DNA of 64,000 nt from contig OX597817.1 of assembly GCA_951406725.2 (NCBI GenBank), positions 105,896,001-105,960,000 of the forward strand. Direction: 5' to 3'. Made by a program: the position numbers and the translations under genes. Origin of the DNA: Octopus vulgaris (lineage: Eukaryota). The number at the start of each line of letters is the position of its first letter. The first letter of the stretch is position 1. The notes under the pieces were generated by a model, which saw only the letters and a program-made list of their open reading frames with translations, did no database searches and had not been told where the DNA came from. Shown here one piece after another: positions 57,120 through 64,000 of the stretch.

Positions 57120-57266
57120 CTTTTCCGCCTTTCTTGTTGCAAGACTTTGTCACTGTTTTAGTTGCTTCACACATTGAACGATCTCCACTATCTAGTGTCA
57201 TAGTCTTGGTACGAATGTTGCTTGTTGTATTACAAGCACTCCAGTCCCCATATGAATATTTGCAAC
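57120..57266 (-). CDS. Internal coding exon of pleiotrophin/midkine-like gene, module 2
   Basis: Acceptor gaaattctag, donor gtaagt, 147 nt, phase 1-1, in frame with the previous exon. Encodes (G)CKYSYGDWSACNTTSNIRTKTMTLDSGDRSMCEATKTVTKSCNKKGGK. Not in the ORF track. Confidence 0.9.
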
Positions 57267-58007
57267 CTAGAATTTCAGTGAAAAATCAAAATAATAAAAA
57301 AAAGAAATTACTTATCACTGTTACATCACTTTAGCAGAGTTATTTCTATTTACATAGTTATGGCCAATTGGCACTAGAAACACTAGTTCCCTTCAGATCA
57401 TCAACTTTTGGCACATCAAATCAGACTAGCATATAAACGAAAGATGAAAAACTCCTTAGGGTATAAGGCAAGTATCATAATAACAAATCCATGTGTTTCA
57501 GTTTAGAACACAACTCAATTTCCATCTCCAGCCAGAGGCAAAAAACATTCAGTCTACAAGAATGGGACTGGCATCAAAAATGAATCAACCCATAATATTA
57601 TGTACTAAAAATGTTAAAATGTAATAAAATTTAACCTTCTGAATTGCAAAGAAGGAATATTTGAAAGATAGATTTTCATTTTCTTTTTCCGTTTTCTATG
57701 CTCTATGCATATTATAAGTATTTCCAGTGAGTTTTTTTATACAATATAATAATGATTTAGTATATTATAAATTATTGCCACAGACTTAATGGATCTTGTA
57801 TCTTTTGTTTCAGTCATTAGACTGCAGCCATGCTGGGGTACCATCTTGAAGAACTTTTAGTCTAATGAATTGATACCAGTACTTGTATTTTGTTAATCCT
57901 AGTACTTATTCTTTTGGTCTCTTTTCATCAAACTGATAAGTTATCCGGATGTAAACAAACCAACACCAGTTGTCAAGCAGCAGTAGAAGACAAACACAGA
58001 CACAGAC

Positions 58008-58059
<52 letters not shown>

Positions 58060-58098
58060 TACATACGTACACACATATATATATATATATATATGTAT

Positions 58099-58228
58099 GT
58101 ATAACAAACTTTGGTTGTAGAACAAACAACAAATTTAAGGTCATCCACCTAACATATCACATGGATGTGATATGTTAGGTGGATGACCTTAAATTTGTTG
58201 TTTGTTCTACAACCAAAGTTTGTTATAC
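58099..58228. repeat. Perfect 64-bp inverted repeat with 2-nt spacer
   Basis: 58099-58162 is the exact reverse complement of 58165-58228; spacer GG. Confidence 0.95.
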
Positions 58229-58309
58229 TCATCTCATTTACTTGTGCACTTCTGTAGCAGTCCTATTAACCATTTTGTTCCTAATAAGAAACAATCACTA
58301 TTATTATTG

Positions 58310-58344
<35 letters not shown>

Positions 58345-58680
58345 TGAATGTATGTATCTTTACAATAGATTTTTTTCAGTTTCCGCCTACCAAATCCACT
58401 CACAAGATTTTGGTTGGCCCAAGGCTATAGTAAAAGACACTTGCCCAAAGTGCCACAGCCACACAGTGGGACTGAACCCCAGAACCATATGGTTGAGAAG
58501 CAAGCTTCTTGCCATATAGCCAAACCTGAGCCTATTAAAATATTAGAAATACAATTTTGTGTCAACTAAAATGAGGTGGTGTATGTAATTCATTAAAAAG
58601 TTCAAAGTGAGATATAAAAGTAGACAAGAAAACCTTTATGTCACTCAATGCTTGTAAAAGTGAACAGAGATAAAACATAC

Positions 58681-58830
58681 CTTTGTTATTCACATTACCC
58701 TTGCAGTCCTTAGTCTGTGGCTTGCTGGCTGGACACGAGCTGTCACTCGGAGCCTTCAAAGTTAGTGTTCGGCTTTTAGTTTTTGTAGTTGGGTCACATT
58801 TTGACCATGCTCCTTTGTTATATTTACAAT
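58681..58830 (-). CDS. Internal coding exon of pleiotrophin/midkine(miple)-like gene, module 1 in window
   Basis: Acceptor ttttcctcttgtttgtag, donor gtatgt, 150 nt, phase 1-1. Encodes (D)CKYNKGAWSKCDPTTKTKSRTLTLKAPSDSSCPASKPQTKDCKGNVNNK, matching the PTN/MK C-terminal domain pattern CKY..G.W..CD..T..K.R...L...C...TK.C. Confidence 0.88.
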
Positions 58831-60112
58831 CTACAAACAAGAGGAAAATAAATTAATAATAGAAGTTTTACTCACTAGAAGTAAAGTAGATAAACCAGAG
58901 AATGTTTAGTTTACTGCTCCTAAAACTGGGACAATTAATGCTATGAATACAACAATAATGAAACTAGGAAGGACCTTCCATGAGTTAAACATTCTCACAT
59001 TTATGAAATATTGCTATATATATTTTAGTAATTAATATTTAATTGAAGAACAAGGAAAAACTTTTTTTTTTTTAATAAACAAGAGCCAATATATTTATTG
59101 TTGTGGATGAATAGAAAACAAGATAAGGCAATATTTCAGACAGTGATCCTTCATCAAAAAAGAAAAGATAGAAAAAAATAAGGAAGGAAAAAAAATTTGC
59201 TGTTGATTCAAAAATGTAACAACATGTTACATGAATCAACATTTTTTTCTTCAAAATTTTTCCTCTCTTGTCTTAACAAAGGATCATTGTCTGAAGTCTG
59301 TGACTTATCCTTATTTCCTTTTATCCAGAGGATTAAATACCATGACTTTGTACTTTGCTGTTTTTAATGTTTCTCTTTTCTTTTCTTTTCTTTTCTTTTT
59401 GGTTTATTCTTGCTTGTTTCTCACCTGAATGATATGGCTGTGTAGTTAAGAAGTTTGCTTCTCAACCACATGGTGCCACGTTCAGTACTACAGCATAGCA
59501 CCTTGAGCAAGTGTCTTCTGCAATAATCCCAGGTTGACCAAAACCTTGTTTGGAACTGGTAGATATATGTGTCTCTTTGTCTTCACATTATGTGCTAGTC
59601 ATTAAAGGGTGTCACTGTCTTACAAACAGTGTTATTCATTTCTAATATTCTGTAAGAATATGTCTGGCCATGGGAAAATATTACCTCACTTGGAAACAGG
59701 TAAAGGTTGACAACAGGAAGGACATCAAGCCATAGAAAATTTGCTCCAATAAACTCTGTTCAATCCATAAAAGCACGGAAAAGTGGACATTATGCTGATG
59801 ATAATTATGTTCAGTGATGAGGGTGGGCAGTACTCATCACATTTTTCAGTGGTTCAAAACTGTTGTGAGGGATGAAGACATCCTCAAAATAGAGGCCTGG
59901 CCTGAATGCTTGCAAAAATATGAATGCTGTGAAAGACACCCAAAGTAGCAAGCAGTAGTGTTAACCCAGGTGATGAATTAGGTCCACCTTCCAGGTAGGT
60001 CGCAGCAGCATTAGAACTCAGAATGTTAAGAGCTAGAATAAATGCCATAAGGAGTCATCATGTTCAAGGAGCTAACAGTTCTGCTAGCTAACTGCACTAG
60101 CCTGGTATTTAA

Positions 60113-60322
60113 CCCTTTCGTTACTGTATTTATTTTGAGATGCTGTGTTTCTTTCACTTATTTTAAAGAATTTAGTAAAATAATTTAATTATCATTAAGC
60201 TAGTGTTAGGAACATAAATTGCAACTAAGGTTTGGTGGTATATTTTAATGAAAAACTTATGAAAACAAGACATTCGTACTACAGAGCCAGAGCCGGTTTT
60301 GGCCGGGTTGGTAACAAAAGGG
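60113..60322. mobile_element. piggyBac-type MITE
   Basis: TTAA TSD on both sides; TIRs CCCTTTCGTTAC / GTAACAAAAGGG. Confidence 0.85.
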
Positions 60323-61384
60323 TTAAAGTATTTAACTTGGAAGGATGAAAGAAGGTAAAGTTAATCTTAGTAGCTTTGGAACTCAAATTGCTAGAAGCAT
60401 TTTGTCCAATACTCTCATGATTCTCCCAGTTCACTGGCTGGATATCAGTTACTGCACTGATGCAGTAATTGATGTAATTTAAATATGAAATGTTGAATGA
60501 ACTTCATGAACTCTTAAAACTTCAGTAATTTCCTACATGTTGAATTCTTTACAAAAGTATCTCATTTTCTAGAGTAAAACAGATTTCAAAATTTGGGACA
60601 AGACCAGCAAGTTTGTGGGAGTGGGTAAGTCAATTACATCAGTCCCAATGTTCAATTGGTACTTATTTTAATAAAACTAAAAGAATCAAAGGCAAAGTCA
60701 ACCTCAGTGAAATTTGAACAAAGAACATACAGACGGATGAAATACTGCTAAGCATTGTTCCCAGTATACTAGAAATTCTGCTGGCTTACCACCCTTTACA
60801 ATGCAACTTACATCAACTTTATCATCAGCATCATTTTATATCCATTTTGGATTGAACTCTTATAAAGAAAATGCTGTTATAAGGTCCTGGCTCTACACCC
60901 AAACAAATTAGTTATAATAATAACATCTCTCCCAACTATGTCAGAATACTGACTATTTATGTAAGAGTCAATTATAAGAATTAGTAACTCAATCAGTGAT
61001 ATGCAGCAATCATATCAATATGAAATTAGAAATGCATGTAATGCTGGTAGTGGATTCCACCAAGAAGTTAAAGAACCAACAGAAGATTTAACATTGGTAA
61101 AGAAGTGATATGCATTACAATATCCATTCCTCATTGTATTATGCTGGCTTATGTGCCTCAATGACCCCAAAGTTTCTTTCAACTGAGTACAAGACCCCGT
61201 AGAACCTCTCTCGCTGAACAGGTCAAAAAACAGAGGCCAGACTAATATGGACCACCTCTTCTCAGAGACAAAAATGGGTTTGTCTAGGTCCAAGACTCCT
61301 ACCTAGGAAAAAGTAAAGCTACAGAAACAAGGATAACAATTCAAAACCGTCAAGCCTCGGAAGGGGACAGCCCAGAATCAAGAA

Positions 61385-62165
61385 CAGTAACAGTAAATGA
61401 ACACATACATTCACATATGAAACTGTTCAGGTTGTAACACCAGTAGCAACAGATATAAGACACAAAGAAAGCATTTGTGTAGTAATATCAATAACAACAC
61501 ATGTAACACTAACAGTTAAGTAAAAACAGTTGAAATAGTAACACTAATGTTAACAATTGTAGTACAAGTAGTAACATGAAATAATATTTTAATAAAAGAT
61601 ATAGATAACATTATGTGTAGCACAAACAGTATAATGAATAGTTCCTGTTATCATAGATATAATGCAAAAAATAATATGAGTGTATGCAAGTAACAACAGC
61701 AGTAACAGATGTAACATAAAAGTATCAGAAGAGGTTCAGGGAGTAACACCAACAACATCATAAGTAACATAAACATTAATATGGGAAACATTTCAACTTG
61801 TAACACCAGTAATAACAACTATAACAGAAGCAGTTATAATAATTATACTAACAGCAACAGATGTAACACCAACAACAACAACAGATGTTACACAAACAGT
61901 AGCATGTAAAAATAGTTTATGGATTAACACTGACAAAACAGACAATAATGTAACAGCTCTTGTAGTAACACACAGTTGATGGAGTAACACCAGTAATAAC
62001 AGATGTAACACAGATGATAATGTAACAGTTTTTTTACAAACATCAGTAACAAAATAAACATGAACAGTAATGTGAAACATAGTTCACATAGTAACACCAG
62101 TGACAACAGATGTAACAAATGTTAACATGAGAAACAATTGCAATAATGACATTTGTAACAAAGTG
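61385..62165. repeat. Degenerate minisatellite built on GTAACACCAGTAACAACAGAT-like units
   Basis: Recurrent gtaacac, cagtaacaacag and agatgtaac motifs. Confidence 0.7.
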
Positions 62166-64000
62166 TCATGAGGAACAGTTTTAATTTTTGGAATGGTTTA
62201 GTCAAAATAAAGCAGATGCTTCTTGGATGTTTGTTGGTATGGTTGATGTTTGTGAACATTTTCAAGTCCATGCAAAGCAGGAACAATATGAGGACAGACA
62301 GAATTGAAGAGGGTCCTCATTCTATAAGATAAAGATAAGGAGGAAATTGTCAGTGCAGGGCTGGAAGAGTGGGGAGGGAAGTATATGTCAAGGGTTGCCA
62401 AAGGGGGTCCGAGCGACTTCCTAGGGTTCGGCGAGGAATTACAGGGGTCGATGATAGCCAAGAGGTCGAATGGAGGTCGGCGTGTGAAAGACCAGCTCAC
62501 CCAGATGAACTGCTTCAAATACTTAGTCAGTGCAATGCTCATCCCTCACATTGATGTTGTCAATTTCAATAAAAGATATTCCAGCAATATAATGTATTTT
62601 TCACATTTCCTAACCATGAAAACAATTTCATAAAAATTGAAATTTTAATAATGTACACGAAGTTTTAAATGTAAAAAGTGTGTCATCTTCAATAGAATTT
62701 CTAGATTTGTCGTACATGTATATTTTAGCTAACATTTTAATTGCCAGCCTCAGTATCCAGTATGCATTTAAGATATGGTATGGAAGGGTAGGGTATTAAA
62801 ATATTTTAAATGAGGAGGGTGGTCAATGCGGAAGGACAAATGGCTAAAGAGGGCCAATGGTCGAAAAAATTTGGCGACCTCTAGTTATAGGTGATAAAAG
62901 ACAATTGTATTGAGTGGGCCTGAGTAAAGACAGTCTGAAATTAGCTAGCTCCAACGAGCTAAGGCTATTGCAATAATGGTAGAAACACTTCAGGTACAAA
63001 GACAAGCAACCAAGGGCATGGAAAAGTAAAGCAGTATCTGTAGATTTTCCATACTTATTTTGTAAAGTATGTGATGGCTGGAAGTTTAAGAGAATCATGA
63101 AATATATAATTTCATTTGAAATTGTATTTTTTCTCAAGGATTTGATTTATCTGATGATGTCAAATTATACAGGTTGTACTGAAGGTGTAATTTTTGGAGA
63201 GAACATCATCAAATATTATATTCTTTGTTATACACTTGCCACCGGTTCTACTTTGAGTGTTGTTATCTATTATTTTTATTTTTATATGTATAAAGAACTG
63301 AAAAACTTCAACTATGGAATGAAGTCAAAGATATAATCTATCCATAATTTTATTTTGTTATGGCTCAACAACATTAGTAAAGTTTTATCAAATCTAAATT
63401 ATTTTACTAATGATAAAAAGCATCATCGTCATCATCATATAATGTCAATGTTCTATAACGGCATGGTTGGATGATTTGATAGAATCCAAAGAGTCTAAGG
63501 ACTGCATCATGCTCCATTGTCTTCTTTGGTATGGTTTCTGTGACTGGGTACTCTTCCCAATGCCAATTTTACAGGAAATATAAATTTTGTGCATAAAAAA
63601 GATCATCTTAGTTTAATTTCATGGTTAAATTTTCATGTACAGAAACTGTAGCTGAATAACATCATAGATTAGAATCAATAAAAGTAATGATATATAACTT
63701 ATTGATTAATTGGACAATATCTCATACATCATCATCATGTGTTTCCAGAAGGTTAAATAAGTACACTGGATAGGCTTCCCCATGATCTATTTTCTAGTTT
63801 TTGGAACTTATCTCTACTAGTTAACATTACATTCATCATACCTCTATGAGGTAGAAATAGTAGTCAAATCTCACTTTATCACATACCTCATTATTTTTTA
63901 TCCACTATTTTTTATCCATCTATTTTCTTTGTAATGTAGATCCAGATACACTAGCTCTTATAAACAAAACCGGAATGTCACAGCTAAAATGCTTGTCATT

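Noticed and set aside
62389-62883. Possible hAT MITE (AGGGTTGCCAAA / TTTGGCGACCTCT)
   Set aside because: TIRs imperfect and no matching 8-bp TSD.
58831-64000. Search for upstream exons (signal peptide, more modules) of the PTN-like gene
   Set aside because: No convincing exon found; probably beyond the window or too short to see.

Overview
AT-rich, extremely repeat-dense animal genomic DNA. The SINE families and microsatellite load look like octopus or another coleoid cephalopod (inference). Most listed ORFs are microsatellite artefacts. One host gene is visible on the minus strand: the last three coding exons (58681-58830, 57120-57266, 54627-54754) of a pleiotrophin/midkine(miple)-like protein, one 4-Cys module per exon. 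The rest is nested transposons: RTE, CR1/L2-group, L1/Tx1 and R4-like LINE pieces, Penelope-like elements (PLE), Helitrons, hAT and piggyBac MITEs, a young non-autonomous tRNA-Trp-primed LTR element, and many SINEs. The most striking unannotated signal is a set of type-I hammerhead ribozyme motifs from at least six unrelated repeat families, all with a palindromic stem/loop III. They lie in inverted or tandem repeats inserted in (TA)n tracts, and seven of them are packed into 16.1-20.4 kb. All alignments and folds were done by eye; repeat boundaries are approximate unless a TSD or splice site is quoted.
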